Shown here one piece after another: positions 10,279 through 22,700 of a DNA stretch of 64,000 nt; the stretch's first letter is position 1; each line of letters opens with the position of its first letter. The translations under genes were made by a program, and so were the position numbers. Where the stretch lies: positions 744,001 through 808,000 of the forward strand of contig OZ025796.1 in the NCBI GenBank assembly GCA_964019425.1, given 5' to 3'. The stretch comes from Flectonema sp. DT1601 (Eukaryota). The notes under the pieces are model-generated. The model was not told where the DNA came from. It worked only from the letters and a program-made list of their open reading frames with translations, and made no database searches.

Positions 10279-11604
10279 GAATCAGTTACTCAATAACGGG
10301 AATCAGTTACTCGATAACGGGAATCAGTTACTCAATAACGGGAATCAGTTACTCAATAACGGGAATCAGTTACTCAATAACGGGAATCAGTTACTCAATA
10401 ACGGGAATCAGTTACTCGATAACGGGAATCAGTTACTCGATAACGGGAATCAGTTACTCAATAACGGGAATCAGTTACTCAATAACGGGAATCAGTTACT
10501 CAATAACGGGAATCAGTTACTCAATAACGGGAATCAGTTACTCAATAACGGGAATCAGTTACTCAATAACGGGAATCAGTTACTCAATAACGGGAATCAG
10601 TTACTCGATAACGGGAATCAGTTACTCAATAACGGGAATCAGTTACTCGATAACGGGAATCAGTTACTCGATAACGGGAATCAGTTACTCGATAACGGGA
10701 ATCAGTTACTCGATAACGGGAATCAGTTACTCAATAACGGGAATCAGTTACTCAATAACGGGAATCAGTTACTCAATAACGGGAATCAGTTACTCAATAA
10801 CGGGAATCAGTTACTCGATAACGGGAATCAGTTACTCAATAACGGGAATCAGTTACTCAATAACGGGAATCAGTTACTCAATAACGGGAATCAGTTACTC
10901 GATAACGGGAATCAGTTACTCAATAACGGGAATCAGTTACTCAATAACGGGAATCAGTTACTCAATAACGGGAATCAGTTACTCAATAACGGGAATCAGT
11001 TACTCAATAACGGGAATCAGTTACTCAATAACGGGAATCAGTTACTCAATAACGGGAATCAGTTACTCAATAACGGGAATCAGTTACTCGATAACGGGAA
11101 TCAGTTACTCAATAACGGGAATCAGTTACTCGATAACGGGAATCAGTTACTCAATAACGGGAATCAGTTACTCAATAACGGGAATCAGTTACTCAATAAC
11201 GGGAATCAGTTACTCGATAACGGGAATCAGTTACTCAATAACGGGAATCAGTTACTCGATAACGGGAATCAGTTACTCAATAACGGGAATCAGTTACTCA
11301 ATAACGGGAATCAGTTACTCAATAACGGGAATCAGTTACTCAATAACGGGAATCAGTTACTCAATAACGGGAATCAGTTACTCAATAACGGGAATCAGTT
11401 ACTCAATAACGGGAATCAGTTACTCAATAACGGGAATCAGTTACTCAATAACGGGAATCAGTTACTCAATAACGGGAATCAGTTACTCGATAACGGGAAT
11501 CAGTTACTCAATAACGGGAATCAGTTACTCGATAACGGGAATCAGTTACTCAATAACGGGAATCAGTTACTCAATAACGGGAATCAGTTACTCAATAACG
11601 GGAA
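10279..11604. repeat. 21-bp minisatellite GAATCAGTTACTC(A/G)ATAACGG, 63 copies
   Basis: Direct reading; 10279-11601 = 63 x 21 nt with one variable site (about 16 G variants). Confidence 0.97.
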
Positions 11605-13458
11605 CACATTCCCAGATCACGTCAGCGACTTCCTCCACTTCCGATGAAATGTCCTCATTGCTGATGGTACAGGCGGTGTGTCCAATCCACGGTGCGCAGT
11701 AACCAGCTGGCCATACACTGTGCGCATTGTCTTCTTCATTTTTAGAAAAAGTCGAAGCGATACTTCGCGGCACTACTAAAACAGTTCGATGATCTCTTCT
11801 CAATTGAGCTGTACTTCTGGCATTTATCGCTAAACGAATCCACCTCCGTCTGCGTACAAACTTGTGTGGCGCTGTTTTCGATGCCCACGGTGTCGGAGTT
11901 GACCAATTACCACGATAACTCCATGGACCACAGTGCCAGGGACAGATAAACCGAAATTCTTTATCAGAAGGAAAGTCATCGTCTGAAACTTTGCTGAGGT
12001 CAGAACCAGATTCAGTCGACCATTCGATTCTGTCAGTTGGCAGAAGGGCTCCAGCAGTGTAGTCACCAAAAGGGATCTTTCTATTGTTTTGATAAGCATC
12101 GTACACTCTCCACACTAGTGGTGGACTTTCAGTAGAAAGAAGTGGAGAATACATAAAATTCAATTCATCAATCGCGACTGCCGATGGAACTGTGCAGGCA
12201 GCACAGATGTAGTAACCAATCTCATTTTCTTGCAGTAAAAGCATTTTATAAATCTCGGGGTCTCTCACACGCAACCACTCTGCAAGGAGTTCACAACTCT
12301 TTTTTATACAGCTGGCGCATGTTACGTGACCGCAAAGCAGCTCATTGCCATCATCAGATCCACATTCTTGACAAGGATGTTCTTTTGATATCTGACTTGT
12401 GTGTCTTTTTAGATTTCCGCGTATTGCTTTCGAATAGTTTGTAAAAACTTCATTCTGTTTCTTCAACGCTCCCATTATTAGTGATTGACATGGTGCTTTT
12501 GATGGAGCGTTAAGATCGACTCGCCTGTTGGTTTTGTTATTAGGAAACGAGTTTATTGTAATGATTTAAAGGAAACAATCATCTGATTGGATACTTGCAT
12601 TCGAAGAGAAATAACACACCGAACATTACTGCGGGTAGCAAGTTCAAAGTGAACAGCAAGCCTTGCAGGGTTTCGAGTGTGAGCGTGAAGTACAATTGAG
12701 TCACACTCTCCGTCAGTCGCATAGCCACCAGAAGGGTGTAATGCCATTGGAGGATGTTGAATATTCCAAAGTAGGTTCGAATCTTTGTCAAGACGCCAAA
12801 GATCAGTTCCCGGTTTCTTATGAAGAACAACATTAACAGTTCCTCCAGGTGATGCTTTTCGGCGAAGGTATCCACGTATCACATCGCCATCCATAACAGC
12901 TAAACAATTATTTATTAAACGGAAATTAGATCCGGTACCCGCTGAGTATATCGCCATGCCGGAGGGAAGCAGTCGAACAGTTTTGTTAGAACGCTGATGA
13001 ACAATTCGAAAGGCTGGTGCCATGGGGTGCTCAGCGTAGCTGTGTGAAGGTTCTGGTGCCTGATAATGAGAAGCGTCTGTGATAACAGGAAGGAATGCAC
13101 AACTACTTCGTAGTTGATATTCATTCATTACTTTTGCTTGTCTAGTCCACATCCTCCTCCTCACACAACTTGAAACTTCACTTTGGGTATTCCAACCAGC
13201 GACTAGTGCAATTCTAAAACTGACGCCGTACGTCCAACCTTCTTTGTCTGTATTCAATCCAATCACATTCTTCCAATCTCCGTCCCATTCGCACTGCCTG
13301 CTTTCGAATCCGTCTACTGCTGGAACTTTCTTGTCCTCCATGTTTGTTTTATTACCGTGCTCATCACTCCACGGATGCCAGTCAGCTGGTAGTAATTTCC
13401 GTGACCAGCCCTTAAAAGGATACCACCGTTGATTCTCCCACACAGTGCACAAAGCCAT
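11588..13458 (-). CDS. DysF (dysferlin/Pex24-type) - RING-like - DysF protein; probably two exons
   Basis: ORF 12553-13458 has WENQRWYPFKGWS..LLPAD..PWSD and TDKEGWTY..VRRRMWTR. ORF 11588-12475 has CQEC..CGHVTCASC..CAAC plus a second DysF (LLPTDRIEWS..FVRRRRWIR). Acceptor CAG at 12525 opens into the second frame; a phase-2 donor at 12598 (GC) or 12619 (GT) joins them. Confidence 0.7.
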
Positions 13459-13889
13459 TTTGTGGGACTAAAAAATAATAAGACATTTAGACTACAGGAA
13501 CACTAAAGTTCAGATCGTGAGCTAACGTGTTGGGTTAGTTTACACCAAAAGAACGAAAATTAAAAAGTACTCCCGAAAAATAAAAGTTAAAAATAATACC
13601 ACGTCAGGGATAACACGAACAATATCACTGAGGCTAAAACGAATAGCGCAAGCTACTTCACTTGTGAAGCAACAAACACAATCGCTTTGTAGAAAATATC
13701 CCTGCCGATGGTCTTAAAAGCGAACGTACAAAACACTAATCACATTACTTACAAGTAGTTTGGAACAAGAGGTAATTTTCTTGTAATTGTAAAGGGAGTG
13801 TATGTATATAAAAATTATTCTTTTTTTCACGTATTTTTTGAATTTCGTGTTGTTTTGTCTTTTCATTTTTGCTATTGAAACAGCCACCA

Positions 13890-14186
13890 TTAGTTAGCGT
13901 CAAAGAACTCGAGTGAGTCCGCAACACCAACATTCTTGGCTCCAGAAACGGAAGGCGCATCGGCACCGAGTGGCTTGTACACACGCGCGTGAACAGCCTT
14001 GTCACCTCCAACGTTAATCTTAGCGAAGTAGTTGGTACCAGCAACAACCTGTGTGCGAACAGACACTGGTTCGAATGTCTCGAACTTTCCTCCAGCCTTT
14101 GCTTCGATAGCTTCCTTCAATCCAGTGACCATAGTCTTCTCATCAGCGGTCAAATCGCGAGCGTCAGTGCAGCCTCCGCAGGACAT
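13890..14186 (-). CDS. Stefin (type 1 cystatin) cysteine protease inhibitor
   Basis: 98 aa, N-terminal CGG, QVVAGTNYF motif, no signal peptide, C-terminal LEFF. Confidence 0.93.
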   Translation of the reverse strand: MSCGGCTDARDLTADEKTMVTGLKEAIEAKAGGKFETFEPVSVRTQVVAGTNYFAKINVGGDKAVHARVYKPLGADAPSVSGAKNVGVADSLEFFDAN

Positions 14187-14559
14187 TGTTGTGGTTTAGA
14201 AAGTTGTGAATGGAACTGAAAATGAAAATAAAAAAGCTCTCAGTCCATTCAATTAGAATACTAGGAAAGCTAATCAATAATTAATTACTACTGCTGCTTA
14301 GCTTCCAAATTCCATTTTTGTTGTTGAGAATCTGAATTGTAAAATAGTTTGTAAGAAAGTAGAAAACATCTTTCTCCCCCTTTTTTTTTGTTTTGTTTGT
14401 CTGTTTATTTTTTTAGCAATTTTAATAAATCGCATACCTGGATTGAATGACGTGAAAAACTTGTTTATGTTATTTAGGTTCTGTTGCAATGTTGTGTTGC
14501 TACACTCACCAAACAATCGTAAGACACAAGTTGTGATCAGGACATTTTTAGGAAGAATA

Positions 14560-15430
14560 AAAGAAGGCACCGGCACGAAGAAAAGAATCGGCACTACTTT
14601 GTTTTTGTTTGTGCACAACAGGACCAAAAAAAAAAAAAAAAAAAAAAAAGTACGTGTCCCTCGCTTGTCATGTACAAACCCTGCTAACTAATGTAAAGAT
14701 GTTTTTTTTTTTTTGATGATCGTGCTTCATTCACCCGCTTTAACAAAAAAATAAAATCAATTGCCAACTTTATTTTCCGTTTTTTTTAGAAATCGAAGCC
14801 ATTTTTCATTTTGCTTTTGGGTGTTGTTGTTCTTTGCTGATGGTGCGTTGCTTTCCTGTTTATTGTTCTGTTCTTACCCTGATTAAGAAAAAAAAAAAAA
14901 AAAAAAAAAATCAAAATAATAATAAAATCGAACAAAACGTCTAAAAAACAGTTTAGAATAAAATGATTAGAAAAGTTGTGAGAGTGGCGGGGGATCTTTT
15001 TTTTTTCTTTTTCTTCTTTATTTTAAACGAGGGTCCAATATTTTCCCTTTTTTTGCACTTTTTTTTTCCTTTGTTCTTTTTTTTCCCCATTCTCTTTTGA
15101 ACTTTAAGAAAAAAAAAGAAAAAAAATAAAGACGACGCATGGCAACAGCTAAGGCCGGCCATATCTTCAGAACGAGCAGACGCAGCTACCACCGAGTCTG
15201 GTCGTAAGACTTCACACAACTAAATTTAAATGGCCATCCGTAAGCTAAGGAGTGTCAGGTTAACTCCTTAGAGCTGCCAAGCAGCACCCAATCTTGTTAG
15301 GGTTCTTAATAGGCCGACAGGGACGACAGTACGCCATTGTCAGCTTTCACTTTGCCTGATGATTTAAAGTTCACGAGGCAAAAAATCCAACTAAAATAAA
15401 GCAATAAAAAAATTACCGGGGGTAGGGTCT
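14560..15430 (+). mobile_element. Putative highly degenerate non-LTR retrotransposon RT relic
   Basis: Colinear fragments: KKAP (14561), YVSLACHVQTLL (14651), DDAW (15131), QLPPSLV, NLNGH, GV.Q (15249), FA+1nt+DDLKF (15351), KLPGV (~15410), separated by A/T homopolymers. Confidence 0.5.
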
Positions 15431-15911
15431 CCTTGAGCAACAAAAAAAAAAACAAAAAAAACGAAGTCAGACTTCTGACTAACCGACTGCTAAAAACGTA
15501 AGGTCAAAAAAAAAAAAAATAATAATCTGATGATTGTGTTTGTAGAAAAGTAGGGCAAAGCAGACAATCCCAATGTTGGTGATAGTGTTAGTTAATTAAA
15601 AAAGGGAAGTTGGGAGTTAGGAGAATAAGAAGCAGGGAAATCATGTAAACTGAACAAAAGAAAGTAAAGGCAGCAACTACTACAATCTTACTTATTTTGC
15701 AGTCATGAAAATGATGAAAGCCAACAGACAGAATAATAACAAGAAATGTTTGACGAGTAAAGGAGACACTGCGCTAGTTAGGCGCAAAAAAAAAAAAAAA
15801 ATGAAAAATCGGGGAAGAGGAAAATTAAAAACAATTGTAACACTATTCAGTGGCGAGTTTCTTTTTTTTTTTTTTCCAGTTCAGTTTTCTCTGTCTTGAT
15901 TGCGGTACAAC

Positions 15912-16681
15912 TTACTTGCGTGGTGCTCCAAAGTTGGCACTCGTAAACCCAGAAGCGAATGGGTTGGCACTATTACCACCACCACCACTGTTTGCAACCT
16001 GAGCAAATCCAGATGCTCCTCCGGAATACGAATTATATCCAGCTCCTGCATTCGCATTAGGTGGCTGAGCAGTATTAAAAGGTCCCGATTGCTGTGTTTT
16101 GTTTGTCGTTGTGAAGACTTTAAGACCATCATTACAGAGATGCTGTATAGTATTCCATTCTCTCCCCCAACTGTGGGCTCACATGATACCCATCGTAAGC
16201 GAATAATTGATGTGAGAAAAACAAGTGAATCTAACTTTGGGAGGGAGAACAAAATAAAGTATAACCAACATACCTCGGCGAATGGATTCTCACTCTTTGC
16301 TTGTGTCGGGGCAAAGAAATTGCCCGCTTGTTGCGAAGATGCTGCTGCAGCGAAGCCGCCAGCGTTTTGATACTGCTGCGGAGTAGAAGAGAAAGGATTT
16401 GAAGTACTTTGACCAAATGGATTGCTGGAAGGAGGTGCTGCTGCTGGCCCTGCTGACTGTGCCTGCTGGTGAAAGAATTCGTTCGCCTGCGTGGCAGGTG
16501 CGCCACCAAATGGAACAGGAGCGGAGGTGCTAAATGGATTAGCGCCTCCGCTCGAGAACGGATTTGCTCCCGACTGCTGCTGTTGTTGCGCTCCAGGAAA
16601 CTGATTGTTAGCTGCCGGAGGTTGTTGCATCGCCGTTCCTTGGAGTCCTCCTGCAAACGGATTGTTGGCGGCAAGATTAGC

Positions 16682-16725
<44 letters not shown>

Positions 16726-16760
16726 GCGGCTGTTGTTGTTGTTGTTGTTGTTGTTGCGGC

Positions 16761-16791
<31 letters not shown>

Positions 16792-19700
16792 GCTGCTGTG
16801 ACCAGTTATCGACCGGGGGTGGTGTATTATCCATAGTGAAGCTCATCGATTGTTGTCCCGTGAGGTCTACTTTGTCAGCTAACTGAGTCGGTATTCCAGG
16901 TGACGGAGATTGCGCGGGGAGTGATGGAGATTTCTCAGGAGTCATTGTTGCCGCTGGGGTTTCCTTCTCATCTTTCTTTGGTAAATCAAGCCCGCTAAAG
17001 TTCAAATCCCCTACTTGACTCTTACCAGTTATGATTGATCCACTCTTGTCTTCCTTGTTTAAAGTAAAGTCGGTTTCAGGCTTAGTTGAAAATGCAGCAC
17101 CTGGGATCTTATCATCTTTCTTAGTATCATTCATAAATCCTCCCCTAATGATGTCCTTCTTGTCGTCTTTAACTGCAAACCCGAGAGGGTTGATGCTTTC
17201 CTTCTTCTCTTCAGACTTTTTCCCGAATGGATTGTCATCCGCCTTTGAGTTAAAATTGAAAGATGCAGTGGAGTCCTTCTTCTCTTCAGGTTTCACTGCG
17301 AATGGGTTGCTATCTTTTTTTGAACTAACATCGAAAGATGTAGTGGAGTCCTTCTTCTCTTCAGGCTTCGCTCCGAATGGGATGCTATCTTTTTTTGCGC
17401 TGAAATCGAAAGATGTAGTGGAGTCTTTTTTTTCTTCAGGCTTCGCTCCGAATGGGTTGCTATCCTTTTTTGAATTAGCATCGAAAGATGCAGTGGAGTC
17501 CTTTTTCTCTTCAGGCTTCGCTCCGAATGGGATGCTATCTTTTTTCGCGCTGAAATCGAAAGACGCAGTGGAGTCCTTCTTCTCTTCAGGCTTCGCTCCG
17601 AATGGGATGCTATCCTTTTTTGCGCTGAAATCGAAAGATGTAGTTGAGTCCTTCTTCTCTTCAGGCTTCGCTCCGAATGGGATGCTATCCTTTTTCGCGC
17701 TGAAATCGAAAGACGCAGTGGAGTCCTTCTTCTCTTCAGGCTTCGCTCCGAATGGGATGCTATCTTTTTTTGCACTGAAATCGAAAGATGTAGTGGAGTC
17801 CTTTTTCTCTTCAGGCTTCGCTCCGAATGGGATGCTATCTTTTTTTGCGCTGAAATCGAAAGATGTAGTGGAGTCCTTCTTCTCTTCAGGCTTCGCTCCG
17901 AATGGGATGCTATCTTTTTTTGCGCTGAAATCGAAAGATGTAGTGGAGTCCTTCTTCTCTTCAGGCTTCGCTCCGAATGGGATGCTATCCTTTTTTGCGC
18001 TGAAATCGAAAGATGTAGTTGAGTCCTTCTTCTCTTCAGGCTTCACTCCGAATGGGATGCTATCTTTTTTTGCACTGAAATCGAAAGATGTAGTGGAGTC
18101 CTTTTTCTCTTCAGGCTTCGCTCCGAATGGGATGCTATCCTTTTTCGCGCTGAAATCGAAAGATGTAGTTGAGTCCTTCTTCTCTTCAGGCTTCACTCCG
18201 AATGGGATGCTATCTTTTTTTGCGCTGAAATCGAAAGATGTAGTGGAGTCCTTCTTCTCTTCAGGCTTCGCTCCGAATGGGATGCTATCCTTTTTCGCGC
18301 TGAAATCGAAAGATGTAGTGGAGTCCTTCTTGTTGTCTTTGGCTTGAAATCCAAGTCCAGTTTTACTACTGTCTTTCTTAGTGCTGAGGTCGAATCCACC
18401 GGCCTTCTTTTCGGTGGTTTCAGTTGCGAAGTTGAACCCTTCAGAAGTAGGTTTCTTATCAGAAGTATTAAATCCTGCAGTCATCCCGAAAGGTTCTTTC
18501 TTTTCTTTGATGTCATTTATCTGTTCAAGTGCAGGAGGAGTGCTGGGTTGAGCTAGTTTTGACCTTGGAGCTGCAAATGGCTCCTTACTAATAACTTCCT
18601 TTTCCACGACATGTGACGTTGTTAGTGGTCTGATCCTGTTCAGCAGCGCGGTTGCCTGCCCCAAACTAACTCCTACTTTAATTAGCTCCTTCTTACTGCA
18701 TGCGCGCAATGTTTCTAAATCGCGAATGTCGTTGGCGTCTAAAAGTGTTCCAATCTGATCAAGTGACAGTTCTTCGAGAATTACTTCAACCTCTTCCTTC
18801 AACCGACTAGCACCAGATGCGCCTAACTTTGACGGAGTCATCACACCGAGTCTTCGGGGGACTGATGGGACGTAAGGAGAATCCGAAGTGAAAGCTTCTC
18901 CTGGGGAGTGACTGCCAGAGTATCGGTTGTGTAAACGTCTTGCAACTTCAGCTACTGATGACCCTACCGTAGTACACGGAGTTCCCAACTGTTGAATTGT
19001 CTGCCTCGGTGGGAATCCAATTGTTGCTGAGGGTGACTTGCCGTTTAATCTATATTCCGCTTTCAGTAATAAAGATCGACACCTTTGAATCTTCTCACCT
19101 ATCGCTAACTTGATGTTGTATAAACCGTTAGGTTGATCGTTGTCGCGGGGAACTAACGAAGAGATCGACTCCAATTCAATTAAAAAAAGTTCCAAGTCAG
19201 CCTTTCCTAATTCATGTTGTTGTCTAGCTGAGACAGTCTGTTGCGCGAGGTCGGTGTGTGCAAGAGCTTCATTTTGTGCGATTTTGTCAGCATACTTGTT
19301 TGTCATGATCTTCATCGATGAGATGAATTTTTGAAGCGCAGCCAACATTCCGAGTGAGTCTCTTGTTGTAGTAAGCGTCTTCCAAAGCGTCTCTTCATGA
19401 AACCTACACTGGGCCTCAACGTGTTCTGGCTGAACAATGCCAGTCGGCGTACCAGAAATGGTTAAAAAATGACTACGTTGACGTGTGTCAATGGTGGGTG
19501 CCGTGTTTCTCAGCATTTTAACTTCCTCTGCGAGAGTGTTGTTGGACCTCATTACTTCAGCCAGCTGCGCAGTTAGTACTGTTATAGCTGCTGCCTGTTT
19601 CTCACTATCACGACTCTTTCGACTCTTCTTGCTACGAGCCCTCCGTTGGTCACTAGCTGCCATCTGCTGCTTTAATCCCGCAATCTCTGCGGCCTGGGTC

Positions 19701-22700
19701 AGCAGAGCTTCGTGCATTGTTTCTAGAAGGGCAGTTTTCTTGCTGCTTTTCTCTTTCTTGATAGGTTCGGCAGCAATGATAGAAGTTTCCTTCTTTTCTT
19801 CCTTAGTCGTCTTTTTCACGAAAGTCATTTCTTCAGGTTTGTCGCCACCGAAAGAGGCCAATGGTGCTTCTAGACTTCCTTTTCCAAATGTTGGTGATGC
19901 AGTTGTAGTGATCTCTTTCTTATCAGTTGTAGTTCCAAATGACATACTGAGTGGTGATGCATTGCTGCTCTTGTCTTCCCCTCTGCTGTTCACATTACTT
20001 GTCCCGAATATTCCAAAAGATGGAACTGCAGTTGCCGCTTTCTTCGCTGCGGGAACTGCAGTACTGTTAACGGTATTGATGTCTGAAGTTGTTGGGGCCG
20101 TCGCACTTTCACTCGGAGTCCACAAAAAGCTGCGCGACTTCAAACACGACTTGCACTCACTTGTGATTGACTTCTTACCAACGAGCCTCGAGGGGTTCTT
20201 CATTTCCTTATCGTTTTTACAAGTGCTGCACACCCAGGATCCAGTAACTCCCTCCTTGCATACAATGCCACCAACCGATGGGGGCTTCCACTCGGCTGAC
20301 TTCTCTTCAGCTTTAGATGCGATTGGGGATGCAGTGGTAGTGACCTCTTTGTTGTCTGTTTTGGTGGTTCCAAATGAACCTCCGAACGGTGATGCAGTGG
20401 TAGTGATCTCTTTCTTATCAGTTGTGGTAGTTCCAAATGACATACTGAGTGGTGATGCATTGCTGCTCTTGTCTTCCCCTCTGCTGTTCACATTACTAGT
20501 CAGGTTCCCGAATGGTCCAAAAGATGGAACTGCAGTTGCTGCTTTCTTCGCTGCGGGAACTGCAGTACTGTTAACGGTATTGATGTCTGAAGTTGTTGGG
20601 GCCGTCGCACTTTCACTCGGAGTCCACAAAAAGCTGCGCGACTTCAAACATGACTTGCACTCACTTGTGATTGACTTCTTACCAACGAGCCTCGAGGGGT
20701 TCTTCATTTCCTTATCGTTTTTACAAGTGCTGCACACCCAGGATCCAGTAACTCCCTCCTTGCATACAATGCCACCAACCGATGGGGGCTTCCACTCGGC
20801 TGACTTCTCTTCGGATTTGGCAGCTGGAGCAGCAGTGCTGGTTGTTTTGCTGGTATCAGGTTTCTGGTCGAAGAACCCTGCAGTTGAAGTAGTCGTCGGC
20901 TTCTGGTCGAAGAATCCTCCAGTTGTTGTAGTTGTCGGCTTCTGGTCGAAGAACCCTCCAGTTGTAGTAGTTGTCGGCTTCTGGTCGAAGAATCCTCCAG
21001 TTGTTGTAGAAGGAGTCACCTCGTCGGTGTTAGGCTTCTGGTCGAAGAACCCTCCAGTTGTAGTAGTTGTCGGCTTCTGGTCGAAGAATCCTCCAGTTGT
21101 TGTAGAAGGAGTCACCTCGTCGGTGTTAGGCTTCTGGTCGAAGAACCCTCCAGATGTGGTAGTTGTTGGTTTTTGATCGAAAAAGCCCCCGCCAGTGCTG
21201 CTTGTCGAGTCGCCACCCATGTCAAAAGTGAAACCTCCTGATCCAGAACCCGAGTCAAACACAAAGGGGCCCTTTACAGACTCTATCTTAGTTTTCTTTT
21301 CATCATATACCCAATTTATAGGTCCGCTCTTGCCGCATTCAAAGCAGGTGCTTCTGACACTCTTCCTCCCCACCAAGTGACTGTTCTTTTCAAAAATCTT
21401 GGAGGCGTTACAGTTCGCACACTCCCACTGCCCTGGGCGGTCGATGTCAAATGCAAGTGGGTCACTCGGCTTTTCGACTTTCTTGGCGTCTTGCATCTTG
21501 ACCCCACACATTTCAGGTGTAAGGTACTTCTGAGGTCTTGGCGTATTCTTCCAATCTTTTGGTAAACGAGGAGGGGCGATGTAAAGAACAGAAGCAGCAG
21601 AGAGATAATGAGGTGGATCACGGGCTCTGCTCTTTTCGAGAAATGTTTTTGGGATAACAGGTGCAGCAAAGTCAGTCTTCACTTTAGTGTCCGATTTGGT
21701 AACCTTTGCTGCTACAGCGGCGAATGGGTTTGCTGTTGCTGATGCAGCAGCAAAACCCAACCCAGTAGATGGAATCGAGGAATGAAGAGTTGTTTCACTT
21801 TTCTTGAGGATGTTTGCAAAACTGATTTTCTCAGCTCCGTCACCAAAGGCACCAACAGATTGCACTTTGAATCCGTTAAAAGAAGTCTCAGCTTCCTTTG
21901 CTGGTGGAATAACACACTTCACTTCTTCCTTTTCTGCGGCTTTCGGAGGTTGTTTTGGCCCTGTTGGCACTTCCGCCTTGGTCGCCTTCACAAATGTTTT
22001 CTTTTTAAAGCAACACTTCTTCGAATTGCACTGCGACTTTACTTCCTTCTTCTTCTTCAGGTGATCTCCAGACATTGTTTTAACACTCCCACAGGAGGTG
22101 CATTTCCAGGAATTCGATTCGTTAGCTTCTTCCACTTCTGTTGGAATGGCTGCAGGACCATCTTCATCTGCTGCCTTTGGTTGAGGAGTTGCAATTGAGG
22201 GAGTTTGAATAACAGTTCCAAAGTCTGGAAGTGGTTGAGGCTTAGTTGAATCACTAAATGAAGTAGAAATCTTACTAAAAAGAGTTGTAGTGGTTTGCGA
22301 ATTGCCAAAGTTAATCTTAAATGGTGAACTCTCTTGAGTGGTGTTGTTTGCATCACCATTCTCAATAGGTGGATCAGCTTCTACTTCAGCTTCTACTTCT
22401 TCATCTGATTCCTCATATTCGAACTCTTCTTCTTCGTCCTCATTCACATCTCTTATGATCGACTCTGTAGGCTTCGAAGAAGCAAACGGGTTATCAGCCT
22501 TTGCAGGCTCCTGAAAAAAACCACCCGCGTCGGGAATAGATTTTGAGCTTGTTGAGATGTTAAAAGGAGAAGCAGTTGTAGTTGAAGCTTGCGCAGAGTT
22601 TCCAAATGGGTTCGAGGGGTTATCTTTTTTCTCGTCTCCCTTCGCTGTGAACGGGTTACTGTTGCTGGATGAAAATGGGTTTGCTGCTGGTGCGTCCTTC

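Noticed and set aside
10279..11604. CRISPR array
   Set aside because: Contiguous identical units with no unique spacers; eukaryotic context; no cas genes.
10265..11647. 460-aa + strand NQLLNNG-repeat ORF
   Set aside because: By-product of a 21-bp repeat (a second + frame is also open); antisense to all genes; overlaps a real gene end.
15881..16273. ORF-track C-terminus VCWLYFILF...NQDREN of the 2861-aa protein
   Set aside because: Reads through a GT-AG intron; the spliced frame restores FG/NPF composition.
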